Origin: Pirellula staleyi DSM 6068
GTDB lineage: Bacteria; Planctomycetota; Planctomycetia; Pirellulales; Pirellulaceae
Length of the DNA: 32,000 bases
Direction: 5' to 3'
NCBI GenBank assembly: GCA_000025185.1
Contig: CP001848.1
Location: forward strand, 2,220,001-2,252,000
Made by a program: the position numbers and the translations under genes. The notes under the pieces are model-generated. The model was not told the origin of the DNA. It made no database searches and worked only from the letters and a program-made list of their open reading frames with translations. This document shows positions 8,662 to 17,972 of the stretch, in pieces (the stretch's first letter is position 1; every line of letters starts with the position of its first letter).

Positions 8662-8830
8662 AGCAGCAGCTTAGGGAATTCTCGCGCGAGTGGTACCCGA
8701 CCCCTCTCACCCGCGAGATCTTTTCGCGAGGCAAGATCGCAGCCAATGAAACAGTTGACTCGCCCGGAAGGGTGATGTACGAAAGGTTCGCTCCAGCCGT
8801 GTTTTGGGTGAGCTGTGAGCTGTACAGGTG

Positions 8831-8876
8831 GACCACGAAGGTCACGAAATGCGCGAAGGTGGGATTTGAGTGGGAG
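8831..8876. repeat. left arm of the imperfect inverted repeat bracketing the GxxExxY gene
   Basis: The 28-nt core gaccacgaaggtcacgaaatgcgcgaag (8831-8858) matches the reverse complement of 9289-9316 at 23 of 28 positions. Gapped similarity (ggga...tgag.gggag) continues to about 8876. Confidence 0.7.
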
Positions 8877-8883
8877 TTTGAAG

Positions 8884-9255
8884 ATGGAGTTCGAGGAGAT
8901 ATCGAGCAGGGTGATTGGCTGCGCGATCGAAGTTCATCGGCATCTTGGACCGGGGTTACTGGAATCGGCTTACCAGCAGTGCTTGGCTTATGAACTGACA
9001 AGTCGGGGAATTAGCTTCGAGCTTCAGCACCCGATGCCAGTGCGATACAAAGGGATTTTGCTCGATTGCGGCTACCGTATCGACATGCTGGTAGAGAAGT
9101 TTTTGATCGTGGAGCTGAAAAGTGTCGACGTCATCAAGGGGATTCATGAAGCTCAACTGCTGACCTACATGAAACTTGCGAGCATCAGGGTCGGACTACT
9201 GATTAATTTCAACAACACCACGCTAAAAGCCGGAATCAAGCGTTTCGTACTCTGA
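8884..9255 (+). CDS. GxxExxY family protein (PD-(D/E)XK nuclease-like fold)
   Basis: ATG at 8884 gives MEFEEISSRVIGCAIEVHRHLGPGLLESAYQQCLAYEL...DMLVEKFLIVELKSV...HEAQLLTYMKLASIRVGLLINFN. It contains the eponymous G-L-L-E-S-A-Y motif and a D...E-L-K nuclease-like core. Length (123 aa) is typical of the family. Confidence 0.85.
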   Translation: MEFEEISSRVIGCAIEVHRHLGPGLLESAYQQCLAYELTSRGISFELQHPMPVRYKGILLDCGYRIDMLVEKFLIVELKSVDVIKGIHEAQLLTYMKLASIRVGLLINFNNTTLKAGIKRFVL

Positions 9256-9263
9256 TGGCTTTG

Positions 9264-9316
9264 CTCCCTCATTTTTGCTCCCGAATTACTTCGTGTATTT
9301 CGTGTTCTTCGCGGTC
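9264..9316. repeat. right arm of the imperfect inverted repeat bracketing the GxxExxY gene
   Basis: cttcgtgtatttcgtgttcttcgcggtc (9289-9316) is the reverse-complement partner of 8831-8858. ctccctca...ctccc (9264-9283) partners 8861-8876. Confidence 0.7.
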
Positions 9317-9754
9317 AATTTCGCCGGTTGTTGCTCCGTGTTTGTTTCGCAAGATGTTTCTGGATAAAGACTTGTGTCTTGTGTGTGAACCTGCTAGTTG
9401 AGGCGGCTGTCTCTCAGGACTTGCTTGTCGAAGAGGGGCTTTTGTGAATTGCCACGACTGTCGTGTAGATTAGGTCCTTTAGTCGCCGCAATCGCCAAAG
9501 TCGGCTTGTTGGGCGGCTTTGGTGTAGAATTCCGGAGTCTAACGCCGGTTCCGGACGCTTGAAGCGGCGACGTTTCTGGCATAATCTGAGATGTTTTCGA
9601 CAAGCGGATCGGTGCGGAGATTCTCGGGGCGAGCGGTGTCGCTCGGCGGGGCTTCGCACTGGTTGTCCGGCCGATCGATTTCGAGCGCTGGCTCCAAGCC
9701 ATGGTGGCTGAGTTCAGCGGCAATTGTTTACCGTTCGTAAGAGGATGCACATTT

Positions 9755-11545
<1,791 letters not shown>

Positions 11546-11606
11546 TAGCGCTTGCGTCCGGCGACTTGCTCGCGGAACGTAAGATTTCCAGCGTCGATTC
11601 AACCAG

Positions 11607-11640
11607 CGGACTCAAGCTAACCCTTGGGTCCGTTTTTTTT
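11607..11640 (+). terminator. Rho-independent terminator of ilvB
   Basis: A 10-bp stem pairs cggactcaag (11607-11616) with cttgggtccg (11623-11632), including one U-G pair. The loop is 6 nt (ctaacc) and T8 follows immediately (11633-11640). It lies about 60 nt after the ilvB stop. Confidence 0.8.
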
Positions 11641-11782
11641 GCGCACGTGGCCTGCAAGGTTCAAGCGAATCTGCGTAACTTCGCCTGACAGAATTGCTTC
11701 GCACAGCGGCAGGCCTTACCATTCACAGGCCGTAGGAAACTCTCCTTTCCCGCCTATTTTGCCTCCAGAGGTTCACCACGCG

Positions 11783-12826
11783 ATGCGCATCTCTCTCCCA
11801 CGCCTATTCGCAGCAGCGGCTGCTTGGACCGTTGTCATGACAGCATCTCTCGCCACGCGGGCTGAAGAGCCTAAGAAGGATCTGCCTAAGACGATCGGCA
11901 GCATCGAATCGCTCGATCCAGCCTTCGCTAAACTTGTTCCTTCGACGTCGACGATTGAAGTCCTCGGCGGCGGTTTCGACTGGAGTGAAGGACCAGTTTG
12001 GAACAAAGCCGATAAGTACTTGCTGTTCTCCGACATTCCACCCAACCGCATCATGAAGTGGAAAGAAGGGGAGGGCGTTACCCTCTTTAAAGAGAAGATC
12101 GGCTACTCGGGTAAAGAGCCCTTCACCGGCGAAGAGCCCGGCACCAACGGTCTGGTCTACGACAGTGAAGGTCGGCTGACGATGTGCTGCCACGGCGATC
12201 GCTGCATCAAGCGCATCGAGAAAGATGGCAGCATCACCGTGCTCGCCGACAAGTACGACGGCAAACGCCTGAACAGCCCGAACGATCTGGTATTCCACAG
12301 CAGCGGCGACATCTACTTCACCGACCCACCTTACGGCCTTCCAAAGCGCGAGAACGATCCTGCGAAAGAGCTCGATTGGTTCGGTGTTTATCGACTGAGC
12401 AAAGATGGCAAAGTGACGCTGCTCACCAAAGAAATGACCCGCCCCAACGGCATTGGATTCTCGTCCGACGAGAAGACGCTGTATGTCGCACAGTCCGATC
12501 CAGCTGCTGCGATCTGGAAGTCGTTTCCTGTGAAGCAAGATGGCACCCTCGGCGAAAGCAAGCTGCTATTCGATGCGACTGCTTGGTTTAAAGAAGGTCG
12601 CCCAGGATTGCCTGATGGACTCGCTGTCGACTCGCAAGGTCACATTTGGGCAACTGGCCCAGGTGGTGTCTATTGCTTCACCCCCGATGGTAAAGTGCTC
12701 GGCCGCATCAACACCGGGGAGAAGACAGCCAACTGCAAGTTCGGTGGCGATGGGAGCGTGCTCTACATCACCGCCGACATGTACATTGTCCGCGTTCGTA
12801 CCTCCGTGAAGGGCCTTGGCTTCTAA
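11783..12826 (+). CDS. secreted SMP-30/gluconolactonase/LRE-like beta-propeller protein (sugar lactonase candidate)
   Basis: ATG at 11783 gives MRISLPRLFAAAAAWTVVMTASLATRAEE, a signal peptide. The body has FDWSEGPVWNKADKYLLFSDIPPNRI, NSPNDLVFHSSGDIYFTDPPYG, RPNGIGFSSDEKTLYVA and PDGLAVDSQGHIWATG, the classic gluconolactonase-family blades. Confidence 0.88.
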   Translation: MRISLPRLFAAAAAWTVVMTASLATRAEEPKKDLPKTIGSIESLDPAFAKLVPSTSTIEVLGGGFDWSEGPVWNKADKYLLFSDIPPNRIMKWKEGEGVTLFKEKIGYSGKEPFTGEEPGTNGLVYDSEGRLTMCCHGDRCIKRIEKDGSITVLADKYDGKRLNSPNDLVFHSSGDIYFTDPPYGLPKRENDPAKELDWFGVYRLSKDGKVTLLTKEMTRPNGIGFSSDEKTLYVAQSDPAAAIWKSFPVKQDGTLGESKLLFDATAWFKEGRPGLPDGLAVDSQGHIWATGPGGVYCFTPDGKVLGRINTGEKTANCKFGGDGSVLYITADMYIVRVRTSVKGLGF

Positions 12827-12904
12827 AGCTTGGTCGATCAATCGTTGTGACGGGAGTATCACGTCCTTGGAGTGATCTCCCTCAATCTCGTGAATAGCGG
12901 GTGG

Positions 12905-12927
12905 CACTGCTGGCTTGTCCAGCAGTG
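12905..12927 (+). terminator. GC-rich hairpin downstream of the lactonase gene (possible terminator without a U-tract)
   Basis: A perfect 9-bp stem pairs cactgctgg with ccagcagtg around a 5-nt loop. It lies 79 nt after the stop at 12826, and no T-run follows. Confidence 0.3.
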
Positions 12928-13051
12928 TGAGGCTCGAAACAGGATGACATGAATCGATAGTTGAAGTAGTAGTCGGCAAGCTCCTTGCACCGATTTCCAC
13001 TCCTCCCGCAATTTCCCACCCACCAGCACTTCTGCACCGAGCTCCCACCGC

Positions 13052-14602
13052 ATGGCCACGGCGACCGATCGCACGACTCCAGCAATCTACCTGCACCCGA
13101 GCGACAACATTTGCGTCGCAGCTCGTACGCTCGATGCGGGACTAAAGCTCGACATCGCAGCCACCACGATTACGCTCAGCTCGCTAATCAAGATCGGCCA
13201 CAAGATCGCCATCGCGCCGATCGCTAAAGGCTCGTTCGTCTACAAATATGGCCAGATCATCGGCACAGCGACCTGCGACATCGCGCCGGGCGATCATGTC
13301 CATTCGCACAACCTCACTAACGGCGATTTCGTCCGCGATTACGCCAAATCGCAGGCGATTCCTGCCGCACTGCCACCAATCACCGATCGCACTTTCCTGG
13401 GCTATCGCCGCGCCGATGGCAAGGCTGGCACACGCAACTACATCGCGGTGATTTCGACCGTCAATTGCTCGGCATCGGTCAGCAAGTACATCGCTAATCG
13501 CTTCGATCAATCGATTCTCAAGGACTATCCCTCGATCGACGGCGTGATCGCGCTGAAGCATGGCGGAGGCTGTGGCCTACAGTACGGCGGTCTGCAACAT
13601 CAGATCCTCGCCCGCACTCTTGGCGGCATGGCCAAGCATCCCAACATCGGCGGCTTTCTGCTGATCGGCCTCGGCTGCGAGAACGCGCCGATGGGTTACC
13701 TGCTCGACTCGCAAAAGCTAATCCAAATCGACGGCAACAAGCGCAACATGCCCCCCGTTCTGTCGATGCAAGATCTCGGCGGAACGGCGAAAACCGTCGA
13801 AGCTGGCATTCGCATGCTGGGCGAACTGCTCCCCAAAGCGGCCGACGTAAAGCGAGTCCCCATTCCCGCGAGCGAGATTATCCTCGGCACTAACTGCGGC
13901 GGATCGGACGGCAATAGCGGCGTCACTTGTAACCCGGCGCTCGGCGTAGCATCGGACTTGCTTGTCCGCTGCGGAGGTACGACGGCACTTGCTGAAACGA
14001 CGGAAATCTACGGCGCAGAGCACCTGCTGACGCGCCGCGCTCGCACTCCCGAAGTGGCCGACAAACTGCTCGAGCGGATCGACTGGTGGCTCTGGCACAC
14101 CAAGATGTACGGCGTTGAGATCGATAACAATCCGTCGGTCGGCAACAAAGAAGGCGGCCTCACGACGATCGCCGAAAAATCGCTCGGTGCAGTCGCGAAA
14201 ACCGGCACCACGGCGCTCGAAGAAGTGTATCACTACGCCGAGCCAATGACAGCCAAAGGCTTTGTCGTGATGGATACTCCCGGCTTCGATCCACCGAGCG
14301 TGACTGGCCTGGTCGCAGGGGGCGCGAATGTGGTCGTCTTCACGACAGGTCGCGGCAGTTGTTTTGGCTGTAAGCCAGTCCCGTCGATCAAGGTGGCGAG
14401 CAACACGCCGATGTACGAGCGAATGATCGACGATATGGACATCAACTCGGGCGAAGTGCTGCATGGCCAAAGCCTCGAAGCCGCAGGGCAAGAGATATTC
14501 GAGAAGATCCTATCGGTCGCCAGCGGCGAGAAGACCAAGAGCGAACAGCACGGTATCGGCGACGAAGAATTTGTCCCATGGCAAGTCGGGCCGACGTTGT
14601 AA
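13052..14602 (+). CDS. UxaA-family sugar-acid dehydratase (altronate/galactarate dehydratase type; SAF N-terminal domain)
   Basis: The N-terminal SAF-like segment is NICVAARTLDAGLKL...IKIGHKIAIAPIAKGSFVYKYGQIIGTATCDIAPGDHVHSHNL. The body contains RNYIAVISTVNCSASV, GCGLQYGG, LIGLGCE, GTNCGGSD and VVFTTGRGS, typical of UxaA/GarD enzymes. Confidence 0.85.
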   Translation: MATATDRTTPAIYLHPSDNICVAARTLDAGLKLDIAATTITLSSLIKIGHKIAIAPIAKGSFVYKYGQIIGTATCDIAPGDHVHSHNLTNGDFVRDYAKSQAIPAALPPITDRTFLGYRRADGKAGTRNYIAVISTVNCSASVSKYIANRFDQSILKDYPSIDGVIALKHGGGCGLQYGGLQHQILARTLGGMAKHPNIGGFLLIGLGCENAPMGYLLDSQKLIQIDGNKRNMPPVLSMQDLGGTAKTVEAGIRMLGELLPKAADVKRVPIPASEIILGTNCGGSDGNSGVTCNPALGVASDLLVRCGGTTALAETTEIYGAEHLLTRRARTPEVADKLLERIDWWLWHTKMYGVEIDNNPSVGNKEGGLTTIAEKSLGAVAKTGTTALEEVYHYAEPMTAKGFVVMDTPGFDPPSVTGLVAGGANVVVFTTGRGSCFGCKPVPSIKVASNTPMYERMIDDMDINSGEVLHGQSLEAAGQEIFEKILSVASGEKTKSEQHGIGDEEFVPWQVGPTL

Positions 14603-14624
14603 GTCAGCGTGAAGAAGCACTCGG

Positions 14625-15107
14625 ATGACTTCACCTCACTACGATCACGAGTTTCTTGAGGCAGCCATTGAACTGGCTCGAGAGAACGTGCGCAGTGGCA
14701 AAGGGGGTCCGTTTGGCAGTGTGGTGGTGAAAGAGGGGAAGATCATTGGACGGGGCGAGAATCGGGTGACATCGTCGCTCGATCCAAGTGCCCATGCCGA
14801 GATCGTGGCGATTCGCGACGCTTGCCAGCAACAGCAGAACTTCTCGCTGGCGGGGACCACTATCTATGCCAGCTGTCAGCCTTGCCCAATGTGCCTCTCG
14901 GCCATCTATTGGTCGCGGATCGATCGTGTCGTGTTTGCCGCCAGTGGCGACGATGCTGCTGCTGCCGGTTTCGACGACGAGTGGATCCTCACCAACCTGA
15001 AGCTCCCGCTCGGCGAGCAGCCACTCACGATCGAGCGCCTGGTGATCGACGGGCATAAGAGCCCGTTTCAGCTCTGGGCCGCTAGCCCTGGCAAAATGGA
15101 ATACTAG
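14625..15107 (+). CDS. guaD: guanine deaminase of the CDA (cytidine/dCMP deaminase) fold, GuaD-like
   Basis: Zinc ligand motifs HAE (PSAHAEIVAIR) and PCPMC (SCQPCPMCLSAIYW) are present. By eye the sequence resembles Bacillus GuaD along its length, including GGPFGSVVV, AAAAGFDD and the C-terminal K-M-E-Y tyrosine. It starts 22 nt after the dehydratase stop. Confidence 0.8.
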   Translation: MTSPHYDHEFLEAAIELARENVRSGKGGPFGSVVVKEGKIIGRGENRVTSSLDPSAHAEIVAIRDACQQQQNFSLAGTTIYASCQPCPMCLSAIYWSRIDRVVFAASGDDAAAAGFDDEWILTNLKLPLGEQPLTIERLVIDGHKSPFQLWAASPGKMEY

Positions 15108-15292
15108 CCGCGGCAAGTACGAGAATTCTTGCGTATTTCTACGAGAATCGATCCATTTCCGCGCGCAGAGAAACCTCGCGGCAACTGCGGGGTTAATTGG
15201 GAAGTGGAGAAGTGTTGACCCGTCTCAGAAGCACCTGAGACTGGTGAACGTTCGTCACGCAGTTTAGACTCAAGTGCTAGGTACTGAGGTTT

Positions 15293-16027
15293 TTGCTCCC
15301 CCAGGTTTATGCAACCAGGGTGAGTTTCGGTTCTCCAGCAAAGAGTGCTCCTTTGTCGGTAGGCGAAACACAGCCGATCAACTACGAACTGCACGACCCC
15401 GACGTGCGGCTGATGCTCGACGTGCGCAAAGGGAATGCCGGCGCGTTCGAGGAGTTGGTGCTGCGGTATCAATCGCGTCTGTTGACGGTGCTTGAGCATT
15501 TGGTGGGTAATCGTGAACTGGCTGAAGACCTTGCGCAGGAAGTCTTTTTGCGCGTCTTTCGAGCCCGTGAGCGATATGAGCCGGGAGCCAAGTTTTCGAC
15601 TTGGCTCTTTACGATCGCGAACAACGTGGCAAGCAATGCGCTGCGTAGTCGTGGGCGTCGTAAGGAAGTTGGTGTACCGCAGCAAGCCGGCGCGAGCGAA
15701 AGTGGCGCAATGCAGCTCGACCAAATGGCCAAGGCCAACAGTGGGCTGATGCCGACACGTGCGCTTGATAAGGCGGAAGCTGCTGAAGTGGTTCGGCAAG
15801 CGATTGAGTCTCTGAGCGAACGGCAACGTATGGCCCTTTTGCTCTCGAAGTTCGAGAACATGAGCTACCAAGATATTGCCTCGACGATGGAACTGACCGT
15901 ACAGGCGACCAAGTCGCTGCTGTCGCGAGCCCGCGTGAATTTGCGAGACATTTTAGCGCCGTATGTCGAGCAGGGACTCCGTCCTTCGCTAACGGCAGCT
16001 GCCGAGGATGATGATATCGACGAGTAG
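15293..16027 (+). CDS. ECF-type RNA polymerase sigma factor (sigma-70 family, regions 2 and 4)
   Basis: Region 2 reads FEELVLRYQSRLLTVLEHLVGNRELAEDLAQEVFLRVFRARERYEPGAKFSTWLFTIANNVASN. Region 4 reads LSERQRMALLLSKFENMSYQDIASTMELTVQATKSLLSRARVNLR. The start is uncertain: TTG at 15293 (GAGG 3 nt upstream), GTG at 15404 or ATG at 15413 are all in frame. Confidence 0.88.
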   Translation: MLPQVYATRVSFGSPAKSAPLSVGETQPINYELHDPDVRLMLDVRKGNAGAFEELVLRYQSRLLTVLEHLVGNRELAEDLAQEVFLRVFRARERYEPGAKFSTWLFTIANNVASNALRSRGRRKEVGVPQQAGASESGAMQLDQMAKANSGLMPTRALDKAEAAEVVRQAIESLSERQRMALLLSKFENMSYQDIASTMELTVQATKSLLSRARVNLRDILAPYVEQGLRPSLTAAAEDDDIDE

Positions 16028-16120
16028 TGCTATCGAAAGCAATGGAGCCATCGATGGCAGGTAGTAGGCCGGTCATAGGTAAAACTACGAAGGAACTTTG
16101 GAAGAGATTGTCAGTTCATG

Positions 16121-16158
16121 CTTAAGAGTTGCTCAAGAGGCAATGAGTAACTCTTAAG
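16121..16158 (+). promoter_or_regulatory. long hairpin in the AT-rich spacer between the ECF sigma and anti-sigma genes (function unknown)
   Basis: cttaagagttgctca (16121-16135) pairs with tgagtaactcttaag (16144-16158), giving 15 bp with one G-U pair on the + strand and an 8-nt loop, agaggcaa. A weaker second hairpin pairs gttgca with tgcaac (16162-16186). T6 runs lie at 16170-16175 and 16201-16206. Confidence 0.4.
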
Positions 16159-16221
16159 GAAGTTGCAAGTTTTTTGAGCCTGCAACCTCTTGTCCCCGTC
16201 GTTTTTTAGTCGGATGTTGCG

Positions 16222-16728
16222 ATGAGTAATCCCGCCGAACCCACCACACGTTTGACCGCTGAAGAAGAGCTGGTCGCCTATCTCGATGGCGAACTGGATT
16301 CCTCTTCGACTGCGCGCGTGGAACGTCGACTGGCTGAAGATGAAACTTATCGCCAGCAATTGCAACAGCTACAGCAATCGTGGGACATGCTGGACGTTCT
16401 CGAGCGACCCGAGCCGAGCGAATCGTTTACGCGCGACACCGTCGAGATGGTGGCGCTGAAAACTAAAGAGGATCTCACCCGTAAGAAGTCGCAGCAATCG
16501 GGCAAACGAATGCTCGTGATGAGTGGTAGCGCGCTGGCCGCTGCCTTGTCGCTAACGCTGGGGTTTGTCCTGATTCGTTCGGCCATTTCACGGCCCAATC
16601 AGAAGCTGGTACGCGATCTGCCGGTGATCGAAAAACTCGACGAGTATCAATCGGTTGATAGCGTCGAGTTTCTCAAGTCGCTGCAAGGTGAAGGTCTGTT
16701 TGGTGAGGAGATCAACGATGCTCCTTAG
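16222..16728 (+). CDS. anti-sigma factor, single-pass membrane protein (non-zinc variant of the anti-sigma N-terminal domain)
   Basis: EELVAYLDGELDSSSTARVERRLAEDETYRQQLQQLQQSWDML is the canonical anti-sigma N-terminal helix pattern, but it lacks the HxxxCxxC cysteines. There is one TM segment (LVMSGSALAAALSLTLGFVLI). The gene lies directly downstream of an ECF sigma gene. Confidence 0.75.
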   Translation: MSNPAEPTTRLTAEEELVAYLDGELDSSSTARVERRLAEDETYRQQLQQLQQSWDMLDVLERPEPSESFTRDTVEMVALKTKEDLTRKKSQQSGKRMLVMSGSALAAALSLTLGFVLIRSAISRPNQKLVRDLPVIEKLDEYQSVDSVEFLKSLQGEGLFGEEINDAP

Positions 16729-17929
16729 TCGTCTTCTGACATGGTCGGTTTTGGTGCTTGCTGGATGCAGTTTGGCGAGCGTGCTACTGGTCTCCCCTTT
16801 GCATGCCGAGATCGAGTCCGAAGCATCGCGCCGAGTTCGGCTCGAGAAGATGTCGGCCGAGGAGAAGGAAACGCTCGCGCAGAAGAAAGAGCGTTTCGAT
16901 GCACTTGGCAAAGAGGAGCAGCAGCGGTTGCGCGACCTGCACGAAGCGGTCGCTACGTCGGACAAGAGTGGTGAGCTGACTGGTGTGATGGATCGCTATT
17001 ATGCGTGGCTGAAAAATCTCCCCGCCAATGTGCGCCGCGATGTCTTGGCGCTGCCCGAGGATCAGCGGATCGCCAAGATTAAAGAAGTGCTGCGCGAGCA
17101 AGAGTCGCAGCGATTTCGGCAGATGGCTGGGCAACTTCCCCAGTCGGATGTCGATGCCATTTTCGCGTGGCTTGAGCAGTTTATCGAAGAAAATCAGTCC
17201 CGCTTCATGGAGCGGATGCCTTCGGAATTTCGAACACAGATGGAAGAATTGCCAGCGGCCGAGCGTCGGCGCCGACTCTTGTTCATGGCGATGAGCATTC
17301 GCCGACCTCCTGGCGAAGGGCCGATGCCATCGAAAGAGGATTTCGAGAAACTCGTCCCCACGCTTTCCACCGCTACACGAGCGAGCCTCGATAAAATTAA
17401 GTCGAGCGACGACAAGCAGCAACTCGTGCGCGAGTGGATTCGTGCGACGATGATCAGCAAGACAGTCCCCCCCATCACCGACGAGCAATTGCAGGCGACC
17501 TATGCCGAGCTGAAAGAAGATCAGCGCGAGTATCTGGAGAGTCTTGATAGTGACGCGATGCGCCGCGAACTGACGCGGATCTACTACACTGAAATGATGC
17601 GGCGTCGTGGTGAAGGTTTTTCGCGTGGTCCGTTTGGACCTCCAGGTGGTCGTGAAGATGGCCCACGTGGCCCAGGTCCGGATCGGGGTGGTCCACCACG
17701 CAGCGATGGTGGACGAGGTGACGGTGGAAGAGGCGATGGTCCAGGCGGTCTAGGGGGACGTTTCCCAGGCAATCGAAACCCACCTGGAGCAAAAGGCCCG
17801 TCCGGCGAACGTCCACCTTTTGGTGAAGGACCTCCCGGATTTCCTCCTCCCAACAAGCCTGAAGATGCACCTCAGGAATTACCGCCACGGAAGCCGACTG
17901 CTGATGAAGCGGATAAGTCGGCTGAGTAG
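16718..17929 (+). CDS. exported helical protein with a C-terminal Gly/Pro/Arg-rich disordered tail; third gene of the first ECF module
   Basis: ATG at 16718 is preceded by ggtgaggag and overlaps the anti-sigma stop by 11 nt. The N-terminus MLLSRLLTWSVLVLAGCSLAS is a signal peptide with a possible L-A-G-C lipobox. The body is charged and helical (EEKETLAQKKERFDALGKEEQQRLRDLHEAV). The tail reads GPFGPPGGREDGPRGPGPDRGGPPRSDGGRGDGGRGDGPGGLGGRFPGNRNPPGAKGP... Confidence 0.75.
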   Translation: MLLSRLLTWSVLVLAGCSLASVLLVSPLHAEIESEASRRVRLEKMSAEEKETLAQKKERFDALGKEEQQRLRDLHEAVATSDKSGELTGVMDRYYAWLKNLPANVRRDVLALPEDQRIAKIKEVLREQESQRFRQMAGQLPQSDVDAIFAWLEQFIEENQSRFMERMPSEFRTQMEELPAAERRRRLLFMAMSIRRPPGEGPMPSKEDFEKLVPTLSTATRASLDKIKSSDDKQQLVREWIRATMISKTVPPITDEQLQATYAELKEDQREYLESLDSDAMRRELTRIYYTEMMRRRGEGFSRGPFGPPGGREDGPRGPGPDRGGPPRSDGGRGDGGRGDGPGGLGGRFPGNRNPPGAKGPSGERPPFGEGPPGFPPPNKPEDAPQELPPRKPTADEADKSAE

Positions 17930-17972
17930 CGGTAGCTTTTTGCGGCCCTCAGTTCTCACGACCCCTCTGCGC

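Noticed and set aside
11546-11782. Search for a small ilvN-like ORF after ilvB
   Set aside because: Only a frame-shifted Arg-rich ORF (11029..11688) is present, and a strong terminator occupies 11607-11640. No ACT-domain coding potential is visible.
11804-12538. 244-aa minus-strand ORF
   Set aside because: It is antisense to the SMP-30 lactonase gene, which has clear family motifs and a signal peptide. This is a shadow ORF.
13718-14491. 257-aa minus-strand ORF
   Set aside because: It is antisense to the UxaA-family dehydratase and has no motifs. This is a shadow ORF.
15215-15241. TTGACC hexamer plus a perfect 7-bp hairpin (gtctcag/ctgagac), and TGAAC at about 15246, upstream of the first ECF sigma gene as candidate promoter elements
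   Set aside because: No acceptable -10 element lies at 16-18 nt spacing, for either a sigma-70-type (TAnnnT) or an ECF-type (CGT) promoter. The evidence is too weak to call.
15104-15871. 255-aa minus-strand ORF, and 16784..17488 (234 aa), 26605..27198 (197 aa), 27563..28051 (162 aa), 5790..6257 (155 aa)
   Set aside because: Each lies antisense to a CDS with strong family signatures or clear signal/TM features. Their compositions are Arg/His-rich and repeat-free, as expected for shadow frames.
17700-17745. Two RGD tripeptides (GRGDGGRGDG) in the Gly/Pro/Arg tail, and another in the sigma-2 C-terminus
   Set aside because: RGD arises by chance in Gly/Arg/Asp-rich low-complexity sequence. Nothing supports an integrin-type adhesion role in a bacterial periplasmic protein.
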